Origin: Euprymna scolopes
Lineage: Eukaryota
Strand: one strand, 5' to 3'
Assembly (NCBI GenBank): GCA_053919585.1
Contig: CM132797.1
Length of the DNA stretch: 64,000 nucleotides
Part shown: positions 9,191-21,289 of the stretch, one piece after another
How the letters are laid out: every line of letters begins with the position of its first letter
Numbering within the stretch: the first letter of the stretch is position 1
Made by a program: the position numbers and the translations under genes
Notes under the pieces: generated by a model
Database searches by the model: none
Seen by the model: only the letters and a program-made list of their open reading frames with translations
What the model was told of the DNA's origin: nothing

Positions 9191-11342
9191 TTAAAGTGAC
9201 GTCTGCTTTTATCCTTTTTTTTTTAATTTACCTTTAAAAAAAATCTCCTTCAGACGATTTTTTTTCTTTTTTTTGTAAATAAATATATATTTATTATCAT
9301 TATTATTCCAAGTTCATTGTTAATATTATATATATAAATACACGCAAAGAAAAATACAGGAATAATCGACAATGTTGTCTGTTTTTCTAAAAAAAATATT
9401 TCTCTTTCATTCCCTGAACGAATGAGATAAATGAATAATAAAATAAAAATTCAACAATATTTAAACTATTTTCAGTATTTCCGAGTCATTTTAAATAAAG
9501 TTGTGTTGTTTTTCTTTCAATTCTTCTAATAAAATACAATAAAAACTAAACCTTTTATTTTATCCAAGTTTCATTGTCATCGACATTTAAAGTGACGTCT
9601 GCTTTTATCCTTTTTTTTTTAAATTTACCTTTAAAAATCTTTAAACTATTTTCAGTATTTCCTAGTAAGTTTTTTTTGTGTGATTTCTGTGATGTCTTTC
9701 GGCGGTCAGAGCCCTCCAAGGTCACTGCGGCAAGCGGCCTCGAGTTGGGACGGTATAGGCGGTGTCGAATCAATAGACCGCTGCACCGTTTCGCTGTCCC
9801 TCTTTACACAGACAAGCATGTGGCGTAAGCTATTGGATTCACTGCGTCTCATAGCGGTATAACCGGGGATCTGAGGTTCGTCTGGTACAGACTTCAGCCA
9901 GGTATCCAGCGCCGACTTGAACGATTCTGTTTTGCAGTTCGTGATCTCTCTGATGTTACGTGGATGGCAATTGAAGAGCGTAGGACCCCGGGAATTTAAA
10001 CTCGATTCCCTGAGCCATCGGATCCAGTTGTCCCTGGCACTGGTTAGGGGTGGTACCACACACCTTCTGCCATGTTTTGAGATATGGTGCTGTATACAAG
10101 CGTTGGGCACCTGGTTCTCCATCATACGCCAGGTATAGATGATTGAATATCTTTCTTGCCTGCATTGAATCGATTTGATATTCAACGCATCCAGCAGTTG
10201 CCAATAATTCAATTGACTATAACCAGTTATCTTTCTTAGAAACGACTTCTGGATGGCCTCTAATGCTTGAATATGACGTTTTCTGTCCGGAGTCCACAGC
10301 TGACAACAGTAATCAATGTGCGGCAACACCAGCGACTTCCAGAGTGTCAGCATTAGGTTTTTTTTGTCTCGTTTTGAAAGTGCGTAGAATCCAACTGGAA
10401 AGGCTCCGTGCAGTTGAACAAACTTTGTCGATCTGGGAGGTGAATGTACCATCAGAATCCAACGTTACTCCCAGATCGCGCACAGTATCTTTGGTTTTAA
10501 TTAGCTTCCCGTCTTGGGTCGAGTACTTAGATGCTTCTCTCAGGTCCTTCCTTCTACCGTATTTGATACACTCGAATTTCTCGGAGTTAAACTGCATATT
10601 GTTGTCATCCGCCCATTGGTAGATAGCGTCTAGATCATCTTGGAGAGCTTGTACATCAGAAGAATCTTTTATTTTCCTGCCAATCCTGGTGTCGTCGGCA
10701 AAACTTGAGACGAAAGACGATTTGACTTTTTCGTCTATGTCGCCAATTAGTACGAGGAACAGCAGCGGACCAAGTACTGAACCTTGGGGAACGCCAGATA
10801 GCACTTTGGTCGGGGGAGATGCAGAGCCATTTACTACAACTGTCTGGTAGCGATCTGTTAGGAATGATTTAATCCATAGGATCAATTTACCTCCAATTCC
10901 AAGATGTTGGAGCTTTCTGATGGTTACTGCAAAGTCCACTTTGTCGAACGCCTTTGCAAAGTCTAGGTATATCACGTCGACATTACATTCATTGTCTATA
11001 GTATTAATGATCCTATCATGATGGATTAGAAGCTGACTTAAGCAGGATCTTCCGGTTCTGAATCCATGCTGCCCTGGATTAATAATTTAAATAAAGTTGT
11101 GTTGTTTTTTCTTTCATTTCTTCTAATAAAATAAAATAAAAACTAGACCTTTTATTTTATCCAAGTTTCATTGTCATCGACATTTAAAGTGACGTCTGCT
11201 TTTATCCTTTTTTTTTTAATTTACCTTTAAAAATCTTTAAACTATTTTCAGTATTTCCGATTCAGTTTAAATAAAGTTGTGTTGTTTTTTCTTTCATTTC
11301 TTCTACTAAAATAAAATAAAAACTAAACCTTTTATTTTATCC
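9176..11342. repeat. ~180 bp minisatellite in the Helentron 5' region (partial copy 9176-9240; copies ~9460-9662, 11086-11260, 11260-11342), split by a LINE
   Basis: Repeated ttaaataaagttgtgttg...tatccaagtttcattgtcatcgacatttaaagtgacgtctgcttttatcc...ttttcagtatttcc on both sides of the LINE. Confidence 0.85.
9663..11085 (-). mobile_element. 5'-truncated CR1/L2-group LINE (RT and C-terminal region), one frameshift near 10360
   Basis: QHGFRTGRSCLSQLL, YLDFAKAFDKVD, SGVPQGSVLGPLLF, FADDT, RDLGV, LVLPHIDYCCQLW; A-rich 3' end at ~9663-9685; higher GC than its flanks. Confidence 0.92.
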
Positions 11343-11602
11343 ATTTTTTTCTGGCTTCTTCTGATTGTCTCTGCCACTCTCACTAGTATTTTCTTCTTTT
11401 TAGTCTTTTAAGTTCACATGTATTATTCGACTTATTTACTTACGAAACTAGGCAAGCAGGTTCACTGCTGCTGATGATAATATGGACAAGACACGATCTC
11501 ACAGCAGCAGCAGCAGCTCTAAGAGTAATAGTTATAATAATAACTTGGAACCGGCGAATTATTAGCATATTAATAGTTCGATTTTCATCGGTTTTTAATC
11601 TT

Positions 11603-11677
11603 AAAAAAAAACATTACACGGGATTGAACCTAAAATCTTTCTACCAATCCCGGCTCTATACCCGTTACGGTAACATA
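11603..11677 (-). other. tRNA-like Pol III cassette copy 1 (degenerate A box, B box, T-run)
   Basis: Minus strand TACCGTAACGG...GGTTCAATCCCGTGTAATG followed by a T-run; paralogous to 11898-11972. Confidence 0.5.
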
Positions 11678-11897
11678 TAACATTTTCAATTTAATTTCGA
11701 ATCACAGTAGTTGCTATGAAATGACTACATTTTTGATCAAATGTGATAACGAAAAATTTGAGTTCATTCAAAGAATATGTATATCATAGAATTCACTAAT
11801 ATTTTTAATCGATAAATTCACCATTTTTTGCTATAAAATCATAAGGAGAGTTAAAAAAAAAATTAGTTATTAAAAAAAAGTTCGGTTTTTTAATTAT

Positions 11898-11972
11898 AAA
11901 AAAAACGATACACGGGATTGAACCTAAAATCTTTCCACCAACCCCCGTTACACTAACCGTTACGCTAACATG
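11898..11972 (-). other. tRNA-like Pol III cassette copy 2 (A box, B box, T-run)
   Basis: Minus strand TAGCGTAACGG (fits TRGCNNARYGG) ... GGTTCAATCCC (fits GTTCRANNC) ... T-run; no full cloverleaf. Confidence 0.58.
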
Positions 11973-12292
11973 TCATATTGGCAAAATCGCAGTAAAAAAA
12001 TATTTATATACAAAAAAAAGTTATGCAAAATAAAAAAAAAGCGTTAGTCACTTATGTATGTACTTACTCTCCTGTTTGTGAACCCACATATTTTGTTGTA
12101 ACTTTTCTTCTACTGAACCAATTTTCGAATTTTTTTTTTCAAAATGTAGCTAATGAGGTGTTCTATCCAACTATATAACCTGTTTGAAATTTGGTTGCGA
12201 ACGGAATTAGTGGTGGGGGTTTGAATGTGTCTCGATTCATTCAATTTTGGACTTAAGCATATATTCAACCACTACCGTGGTTGAATGATATC

Positions 12293-12352
12293 AAAAATGT
12301 TTATTTCAACTAAATTATATATATAAATTGGGCGGCAATTACTGTGGCGAGA

Positions 12353-12410
<58 letters not shown>

Positions 12411-12457
12411 TGGGCAGCAATTACTGTGGCGAGAATTTAGTTGAAATAAACATTTTT
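12293..12457. repeat. 24 bp perfect inverted repeat enclosing a duplicated 32-mer and an (AT)n tract
   Basis: aaaaatgtttatttcaactaaatt ... aatttagttgaaataaacattttt; aaattgggc(g/a)gcaattactgtggcgagaattt twice around (AT)~25. Confidence 0.85.
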
Positions 12458-15400
12458 AAAAAGTAAATTTAATTCAAGTAGGTCTAGATTGCTCAACTAA
12501 TTTTAATATTACAATCTACGCACGTGGGCTTAGTGGTTTACTACAACCTACGGTGAATTGTAATAAAATGTTTTTTTTTACATCTTTATAACCTTTTTAA
12601 AGATAATCTCTATTAAAAATTAAAATGAAGTTTGTTTTTTTTTCACATTTCTGTTTGCCAGATTCAATCAACAGTCAATACTTCCTCCTCTGTCACATCT
12701 CCCACCCTCGTGACTCTCTCCAGCCCATCTGCTGGCACAACACAGCAAACAGTGACATCTCAAAAGCGGGTACTGGAAGAGACACACTCTGATCGGAAAC
12801 GGAAACAATTCCAATCCGAGAGGATGAATCCTGTAAGTAACTGATCATATCTTTACCTGCTTCACATGAATTCACTTGCCTTTTCTCCAAATTCCATGTT
12901 CTCTTAAATAAAGAGAACTTTGAACATTTCTTTTGTATTTACTGATACAATTATATGTATATATCTGTATATATATTATGTATATATATGTATATTGCAT
13001 GTATATGTATATTAAATTTGTATATGTTTATGTCGTGAAGAAGTACCATGGTAATGTCTTTAATAGATGAGCAGTTCTTGAGCATATACAGTTCATTGAA
13101 ATTTTGATACTTAAGCCGTGTTCATTTAATTTGTGCTTTTTCAAAATTATAAAAGATTAAATGGATAAACGGAATGTAATTTTTCGATCTTCCTTTCTTT
13201 ATTATTTCTTTCTAGCTTTCTCTCTCTTTCTCTCACTCTGAATCTTCGACATACAGATGGAGATCGGTCATCTTCATCTCAGTACAGAGCGATCAATCTT
13301 CAATGTGTCATAAGTAATTGCTTGAATCTGAGATAAATGTAAAGTTGTTAATTACCCCAGTAAAAACAAATAACTTACCATCTGTGAAAGATATTATTTT
13401 GGTACTGCTTACGTCTTGTTATCAACCATAATAATGAGTAATCAAATTGTATCTGTTCTATGCATTTCTATAATGTTACTATTAAACTTCTCATCACTAT
13501 TGCTTTATTTTTTTTCATAATTTAACGCAATTTTAGTACATTTTATACTTTATAATATGACACCAAATTTTCCATAAAAAAATTGTTTCATGCCTCAAAT
13601 TAAAATGAAATATATTTTTCATTTTCGTATTGCAACCTTGGGTAATTTCACTCACCAAATTCTCTCTATTTTACATGTTTAAATGATCCCAATTTTTTTT
13701 CAGCACCAATGTTCTGGCCAGCATTTACTGCACACGCGAATTCCTTTCCATCTACATTAACACTTTCCTCCATTGCACCATCTGTATCACAACTGCCACT
13801 CCCAGTTCCTCAGGTATTTTCCGGTTTGGAGAAACCACAACCTACACTTCTTCTGCGACTTTAACATCAACCAGACATTCAGTAAGCTTTCATTTTTTTT
13901 TTTTTTTCCGAACACTTTTTAATTTCCTGTTTCTCTTGTTGTCATCAGTTTTTCTCATTTGATTTATTTTGAATCGGAATCCGCATTTTACTGGCAATAT
14001 TCAATGAAGACATGAGTAACACAGAAGTTGGTCGGCTTTTCATTGACAACTAACTACAAGCATGACCCCTGAACTATTGCGGATATCAACAGCTTTTCTT
14101 TTTGGTTTTTGCTAAAGAGTTAATATAGAGCATAATTGTTTATTTAAAAACCAAAATAGATACTTGATACAATATTAATACATAAATGTTCTCTTACGAT
14201 CTGCTATAAAAATAAAAAGTTTCAAACATTAAAAATCAATTAGATATACAACCAAAAGAAAATAGATACACAGAAATAATGGTGGCTAAAGAGTTCAACA
14301 TAAACTCATTACTCTATAATTATTCTTCTGTAATCTGCATTCAATTTTTAAAAGTAAGTTGAGAGGACACGAAAATTTGTTTGTTTAGATATTTTTAATA
14401 TATTTGTCATACAAGATGGTAGGTGTTGATGCCATTAATGTTTGAGAGTAGTATCTCTTCTTCATGAGAGAAAATAAAAAGAAACTATACAACTGTTCAG
14501 CAAGGCTTTTCTTTGATATTTAAACAGCACTGAATAATCAAAATGCATTCAGTCTGTCATTAAAAATTAAGAAAGTCAAATAATAATATAGATTGTTTAC
14601 CGTTCATGCAGAATATTAACATATAAATAAAGTCTGAAAATTGTTCAACATGCAATCTTTACTTTATGCTCCATTTGATAAATGTTTCTAAGCTGTTATT
14701 GCGAAACTCACTGTATATGATTTTCCACAATTTTGGATGTTGACTCTCTTAAATTTGTATTTTGTTTTTGCAGAAAAAGTCCTGTTACTTTAACACCGTG
14801 AAAGAATCAGTAAAATCTTCACAACAATCATTCGCATTATCAGCGTCAACATCATGAACACCAAATATCGTAAATCCTACATCAGCAGGTGCGATTGAAA
14901 AAATTATCACGTTAATTCTATTCTTCTCTTTTTTCTCCATCTCTGTTGTCAGATTGTCTCTCTTTATCACGATTTAGTCGCTCTCTCTCACTGCCTTTTT
15001 CTCCTGTCTTAGTTTTCTCTCTTTCTTGCTTGTTTCTATCGCAAGTTTCCCAATCTCTCTGTTGCCTTCTCCTTTGCAAGTTCTCTTTCCATCTCTCTTT
15101 CTATTTTTCATATTTTACTTTGACTAATTTCACTCACTAATTTCCCTATTTATTTTACATGTTAAAATGAAGCTAATTTTTTTTCAGCTCGAATGAAATG
15201 GCCAGAATTTCCTGGTCAGGTGAATTCCTTTTCATCTATCTCAACACCTTTAGCGAATACACCATCTGCAGCACTACTACCTCATACCACTACTAATTCC
15301 TTGAATACTTTCCGGTTCAGCCACCCCTTCTTCAATTTCTTCATCTTGGATTTTAACATCAACCGCATGTTTAGTAAGCCTTCATTTTTTTCTGAAAACT

Positions 15401-15655
15401 TTTTAGTTTCCTCTTTCTCTTGTCATCAGTTTTTCTCATTTATTTTGAATCAGAATTGCCATTTACTGACAATATTCAACGAAAACAAGAGTAACGCATG
15501 AAATCGGTCGCCTTTTTTAATTGACAACCAACTATGAGCATGACACTTTAAATTGTGGCAGACGTCAATAGCTTTTCTTTTCAGTTTTAGCTAAAGAGTT
15601 TATATAGAGGATAAATTTTTATTTAAAAACCAGATTAAATTCATGATAAAATAGT

Positions 15656-17595
15656 AAGACCGCAAGAGAGGTGTATGCTCAGTCCATCAAGTCCAAAGTA
15701 GCTGAGCAGCGGCTTGATTCCCACTAGTTTTGGCAAATAGCAAACAGAATCCTGAACAGAAGCGTGTGCTCTATCCCAACTATCATCAATGGACCTGAGG
15801 TAATCTTGTCAGCATCAGACAAAGCCAAACTCTTTGCTAAGAACTTTGCAGCTAATTCTACCCTTTGAAACCAAGGCCGCCAACCCCCAATATTTCCTCC
15901 TGTATCAGAAAACACACTATGTGATATACAAATATCTGCACGTGATGTTACCAAGCTAATCAAAAACCTTGATTCCAGTAAAGCAACTGGCCCTGACGGT
16001 ATTCCAATTATAGTACTCAAAAAACTTCAACCAGAACTAGCGCCCATACTTACAAAACTGTTAAAATGTTGTCTTAAGGAGAATTGCTTCCCATCACCCT
16101 GGAAAATCTCATCAGTATGCCCTGTATTTAAGAATTCAGGTGATCGCTTATCCCTCTCTCAGTACAGGATAATAAGTCTCCTGTGCGCCATGAGTAAGTT
16201 GCTGGAATCTGTGTTAAATAGAGAAATAATCAACTATCTCAGCAAAAATAACCCTCTTAATGACACGCAATATGGTTTCCGTTCTACTAGATCTACAGCA
16301 GATGTACTTACAGTTATATCTCATAGGATTAGTGAATCTCTTGACAGAGGCTACATTTCTAGGCCAATTGCTATTGACATATCAAAGACCTTTGATAGAG
16401 TATGGTGTAAAGTTTTACTTCATAAGATCTCCAGCTACAGTATAACTGGAAATGTCTTCTTAATTATTAAATCATTTCTCTCTGATAGGTTCATAAGAGT
16501 AGTGGTTGATGGACAGAAATCAGAAGCTCACAGTATTAATGCTGGAGTCCCTCAAAGGTCCGTCCTGGGCCCAACTCTCTTCCTGATCTACATTAATGAT
16601 CTTCCAAATCACATCCTTACATCATTCATAGACATTTATGCTGATGACACTACTATCTATGGTAGCAGATCTAAGACTGTAAACAGCCAAGTTCTCTCCA
16701 ATTTTCTCTCCTCTGATCTTGAGCATGTGGTACAATGGAGGAAAAGGTTGCTTGTTACTTTTAATGCATCTAAAACCAAGCTTTTATCTTTAAATCACCA
16801 ACGCTCTGATCCCCATCTGGCATCAATTGAAATGAATGACTCTCGTCTTGAGGAGGCCTCATGTTTTGACAAGCTGCTTCTGAGCTTGACCTTTACTCCT
16901 GATCTGAAATGGAATGCATGCATTAAATCTGTTGCCAAGGCCGCTGGAAAAATGGTGAGATCCTTCTATCAATCCAGTAGATATCTCACTGCTGATGCAA
17001 TTCTCTATCTATATAAGAGCCAGGTACGTCCAAGGATGGAGTACTGTTGCCACATCTGGGCAGGAGCTGCTAGAAAGGACTTATCCTGCCTTGATAGAGT
17101 TCAAAATAGACTTTGTAGCTTCGTAGGGGATGTCCTTTTCTTTTCCCTGCAACCTCTTTCTCACGGAAGAGATGTTGCGAGTTTGTCTCTGCTTTATCGT
17201 TATTTTCATGACATGTGCTCGACTGAGCTCCAATCCATGGTCCACCCTCGCCAAACTTTCACAAGAAACACCCATCTAGCAGAAAACACTATCAATAATT
17301 TCCTCCACTCTTTATCTGTGCCTAAACCTAAACGTAGATTCCATGAACAAAGCTTCTATTTTAGAATTGCACGCCTATGGAATTGTCTTCCATTTTCCTG
17401 CTTTCCAGCTGACTACAATATGGTTGTCTTTAGGCCTAATGTAAACAAGTTTTTGATTAGCCGTTCCATATAAGTTAACAAATTTACTGAATTTCCATTA
17501 CTAACGATTACTTTATTGTCCAATTGTCTACTGTACACTTTTTAATCCTCTTGGCCTTGATAAATGGTGATGCCTTTGTAAAAAAAAAAAAAAAA
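15656..17595 (+). mobile_element. 5'-truncated LINE (CR1/Jockey-group RT) with poly(A) tail; ORF 16190-17473 is the RT portion
   Basis: KATGPDGIP..W K.S.V.PVFK upstream; QYGFRSTRST, DISKTFDRVW, GVPQRSVLGPTLFLIYIND, YADDT, RPRMEYCCHIW; poly(A) 17580-17595; in-frame stops 5' of 16190. Confidence 0.92.
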
Positions 17596-18210
17596 GAAAA
17601 CATAAACAATCAATTAGAACATGAAAATTTGTTTAAATATTTTTTCTATATATTTGAAGAGTACCAAATAATTAAAAGACATCCTATTAAACTTGTCATT
17701 AAAAATTAATAATATCAAATAATAATATAGAATATTGTTCACAGTACCAACAGAATATAGATATATATATAAATAGTCTGAAAATTGTTCAACCTATACT
17801 CCTTCCTCCACGCTCCTCTTGCTAAATACTTCTAGGCTATTATTACGTCTATGATTTTCTACGAGTTCTGATGTAGACTTTCATAAATTTGTATTTCTTC
17901 TTTTTACCAAAATCTCCTGATACCTTGACATTGTGAATAAATCAGTAAAATCCTTACAACAATCATTCACATCATCAACATCAACATCACAAACACCAAA
18001 TGTTGCAAATTCTACATCAACAGTGGAGATTGAAATATTTCTCTTAATCTTTCCAACTCTATCATCCCATTTTGTCTCTCTATCTCAATTTTCTCACTGG
18101 ATTTCTAACTCGTCTCAAGAATTATATCTTTTTCTTTCATGTTAGTTTTCTCTTATTCTCACTTGTTTCTGTCGCAAGTCTCCCAATCTCAATTTTGCCT
18201 TCTCCTTTGC

Positions 18211-18347
18211 NNNNNNNNNNNNNNNNNNNNNNNNNNNNNNNNNNNNNNNNNNNNNNNNNNNNNNNNNNNNNNNNNNNNNNNNNNNNNNNNNNNNNNNNNN
18301 NNNNNNNNNNNNNNNNNNNNNNNNNNNNNNNNNNNNNNNNNNNNNNN
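18211..18347. other. Assembly gap (N run)
   Basis: 137 consecutive N. Confidence 0.99.
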
Positions 18348-18928
18348 TCTTCCCATTTTATTTCTTTGTCTATTTCTCACTTTATATCTGTTCGGATAAT
18401 TTCTCTTTACCGCTTGTTTCTTTCTCTCTTTATTTGAATATTTTATCTCCCTCTTTATTTCCTTTATTTTTTCAATTACAACTTTTACATTAGTGATATC
18501 TGCGACCTCCACACACATTGGTCTGTTCAAGCTTCATCAAACTACAAAAAAACTTCCATTTTCAACGTAACACTGGATTCATTTTGTATCGTAAACTATT
18601 TCTCTCAAACACTAATTTATTTCTCTTACACTCCCGTTTTCTGTTATTACAATTAGTCTATCTTGTACACTCTTTGCTATTCTCTTTCATTGGATACATA
18701 TTCCCTCTATTTCTCTTCCTCTCTCTCTATCTCCTTATCTATCCACCTTTCTCACCTCTATTGCTCTAGCCTCCAGCAACAAAAGGAGGCAGTCAACTTT
18801 GAGTTGACAACCAGCCACAAGCATGACTCTTTACACTATAGTGGACATTAATAGCTTTTCTACTCTTTTTAAGCCAAGAGTTAATATAGAAGATAAATGT
18901 TTATTAAAAGGACCTGAATGGATACATT

Positions 18929-18933
<5 letters not shown>

Positions 18934-18978
<45 letters not shown>
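18934..18978. repeat. (CT)n microsatellite; another at ~19877-19925
   Basis: Directly visible. Confidence 0.95.
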
Positions 18979-18982
<4 letters not shown>

Positions 18983-19877
18983 TCTTTTTTCATCTTTATT
19001 TGGATAGTTTTTTATTACTCGCTAACTTCTTGTCTCTATTTATTTTACTCGTTTTTCCCACATTTTCTTTCAGCTCCGATACAATGACAACATCCAATTC
19101 ATTTCCATGTACATGATCAGCTTCTTCGATTACATCACTACCTTCCTCAATGACACCATCATCTTCCTCAATGACATCACCATTTAGAGCACAACTCACA
19201 CTTTCCACAGCCACTATGCTGAGGATGTTTGTATTCAGCCATGATCAACTCTTCTTATATCACAAACACATAACGTCGAAGGTAAGATTTAAAACTTTCT
19301 CACCTTAATTTCAATCTGCCAAATTTCATCTTCAGACTGCTTCTCTATCTCTAATTTTTCACTACCGCTCTTACTATTCTCGAGAGATTTCTTCAGACTC
19401 TCTTTTTTCTCTTATTTCTTATCACTTGTCTATATCTCTTCCTTTTCCGTCTCTCTCTCAAGTTTCATTCTAACGCCTAAATATATCTACCTAAGAAACG
19501 TTTGCTTTTTCTGTCCCTCTGACTTATTTCATTTTATATCTCTTTGGATAATTATTCTCTCTCGCTTTTTCTTCTTTCTTTTTATTTAGTTTCTCTCGCT
19601 GCTTACACCTATTTAAATCGTTAAAGGGATCCCAAGTTTCTTTTCAGCTCAAGTTGGCATGCAATGTTTATTTTCCATCTCAACCTCTCAATTCTTCAAG
19701 TACACATTCCATAGTAGTGACACCTGCCACCTCCACACCTTAATATGTTCATCTTTCCTTAAACAAACCTACTATTTATCTTAATTTTCAACTGTATACT
19801 AGATAATAAATCATAGGCTATTCCATTCGAGTACTAATTCGTTTGTCTTGTGTGCGTGTTTTCTGTTTTTACAACAA

Positions 19878-19929
<52 letters not shown>

Positions 19930-20209
19930 AACGTGATTAAACTTTGGAATCTTTAATAAAATTACATATGCTCTTAAAGGGTAAATCCATTGTTATAGAG
20001 CTTAATTACTTTTAAATAACTTTATTGAATATGTACATTATAAGTATAAGTATTACGTGTTGTATATTAGTTTACAAACATAACTTGAAATGTATTCATT
20101 TTATACTACTCGTAATTGATTAAAAAAATTTCTCATAAAGTTTTTATGATGAAAAATGTTTTACGTAAATTTCGAATTTTTTTTTTTAAATCCAACCTCA
20201 ATGAATGCC

Positions 20210-20305
20210 TTTTTATTGTGTTCCAGAACATATGGAGTGTAATATAATAATTTTCCAAGTTCCAAATAGCAAGTTTTCTCAGTTGGTCATTTATTACTTT
20301 TCAAA
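20210..20305 (+). repeat. ~95 bp near-identical direct repeat, second copy at ~22986-23080
   Basis: ttttattgtgttccagaacatatg(g/t)agtgtaatataataattttccaagttccaaatagcaagttttctcagttggtcatttattacttttcaaa present twice. Confidence 0.9.
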
Positions 20306-20449
20306 GTAATTAGCCATTACAATATTGTTTTTTATTGCAACTAACAAGTTTGCAAAATTATATTATTGCTGTATATTTAGTCATCAGATGTTTACCTCAT
20401 AAAACGTAGAAAAAATACTATTATGGACAACTTACATGGTTATATATTT

Positions 20450-21234
20450 ATCTTGGTTGAAAACATATACGCATTTGAATCGGAATCATCCTTGTGTGTG
20501 TGTGTGTATGATGATTGCAACGTCTTGTCAGACGAGTGCCACTCCCTCAGACACTTAAAGTCCATGAGCCCAACAAGTGACTTTGTTTTTTTAGTCCTAC
20601 CGGTGAATTCACACACTCAAGCAGGCATGACACTGAAGATGGTCATTGAGATCAATTATTACATGCTTCCAGCATTTCAAGCCTCCACGTGTCACAACTT
20701 TTCCATCGCCACAGGACCACTTTTATAGACAAATGCCTGAGAGAGTATCTATACACAAATGATGTTACAGAGTCTTAGCTTTGTACGACAGTTAAGTCTC
20801 CCTCTCGGTTCAAAATGTTGAGATCCAGCAACAAGCAAGAGCAAGATAGCCGACAACAAGTTAAACTGCAGACCAGCTTAATGCGGGTACTTGTCTCCCG
20901 CTTTATGGTTTTTTAAATCAGAGATTTGCTTCTCCTAGAAAGGTTGCTTTCACCACGGCTTACAGGAGTCCTCTCCACCCCAACACACACATACATACAC
21001 ACAAACACACACGGTGCTAGTTGGCCACTGACCCCGAAAAAGGGTTCATTCGCCCTTTGGAAGGTCTTGTTTTTAATCCTTCAGGGAGACTAGCCACCCT
21101 CCTCACCAAACATGTCTGATGGGGGTACCAGTTTAGTCGCCGGTGACCTGACTATGAGGCAGGTAGTACTGGGTTACATGGTACCAGTAGCATATGACAT
21201 GACCTGTGTGTGTGTGTCTGTATGTATATATATT

Positions 21235-21289
<55 letters not shown>

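Larger units (their letters stand above)
2337..12292 (-). mobile_element. Helentron-type Helitron (rolling-circle transposon), degenerate, with nested LINE; 3' terminus not found
   Basis: Rep motifs and Pif1 helicase across broken ORFs 2401-9190; 5' terminal hairpin ATTCAACCAC-GGTA-GTGGTTGAAT at ~12263-12286 next to a T-run; Helentron/DINE-like 5' region (CCAAATTTCAAAC...AAAATTCGAAAATTGGTTCAGTAG) at 12100-12200. Confidence 0.85.
12662..19800 (+). pseudogene. Decayed multi-exon Ser/Thr/Pro-rich gene relic with old ~1.5 kb tandem duplications
   Basis: AG/GT-bounded segments at 12662-12832 (open, 57 codons), 13704-13881, 14774-14888, 15188-15373 and 19074-19281, several with stops or frameshifts; 13640-14170 matches 15125-15655, and 14360-15100 matches 17600-18210. 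Confidence 0.6.

Noticed and set aside
11657-11668. TATACCCGTTAC match to the Drosophila DINE-1 terminus
   Set aside because: Only 12 nt, inside the tRNA-like cassette, not conserved in its paralog and not at an element end
18072-18530. ORFs spanning the N run
   Set aside because: Artefacts of the assembly gap
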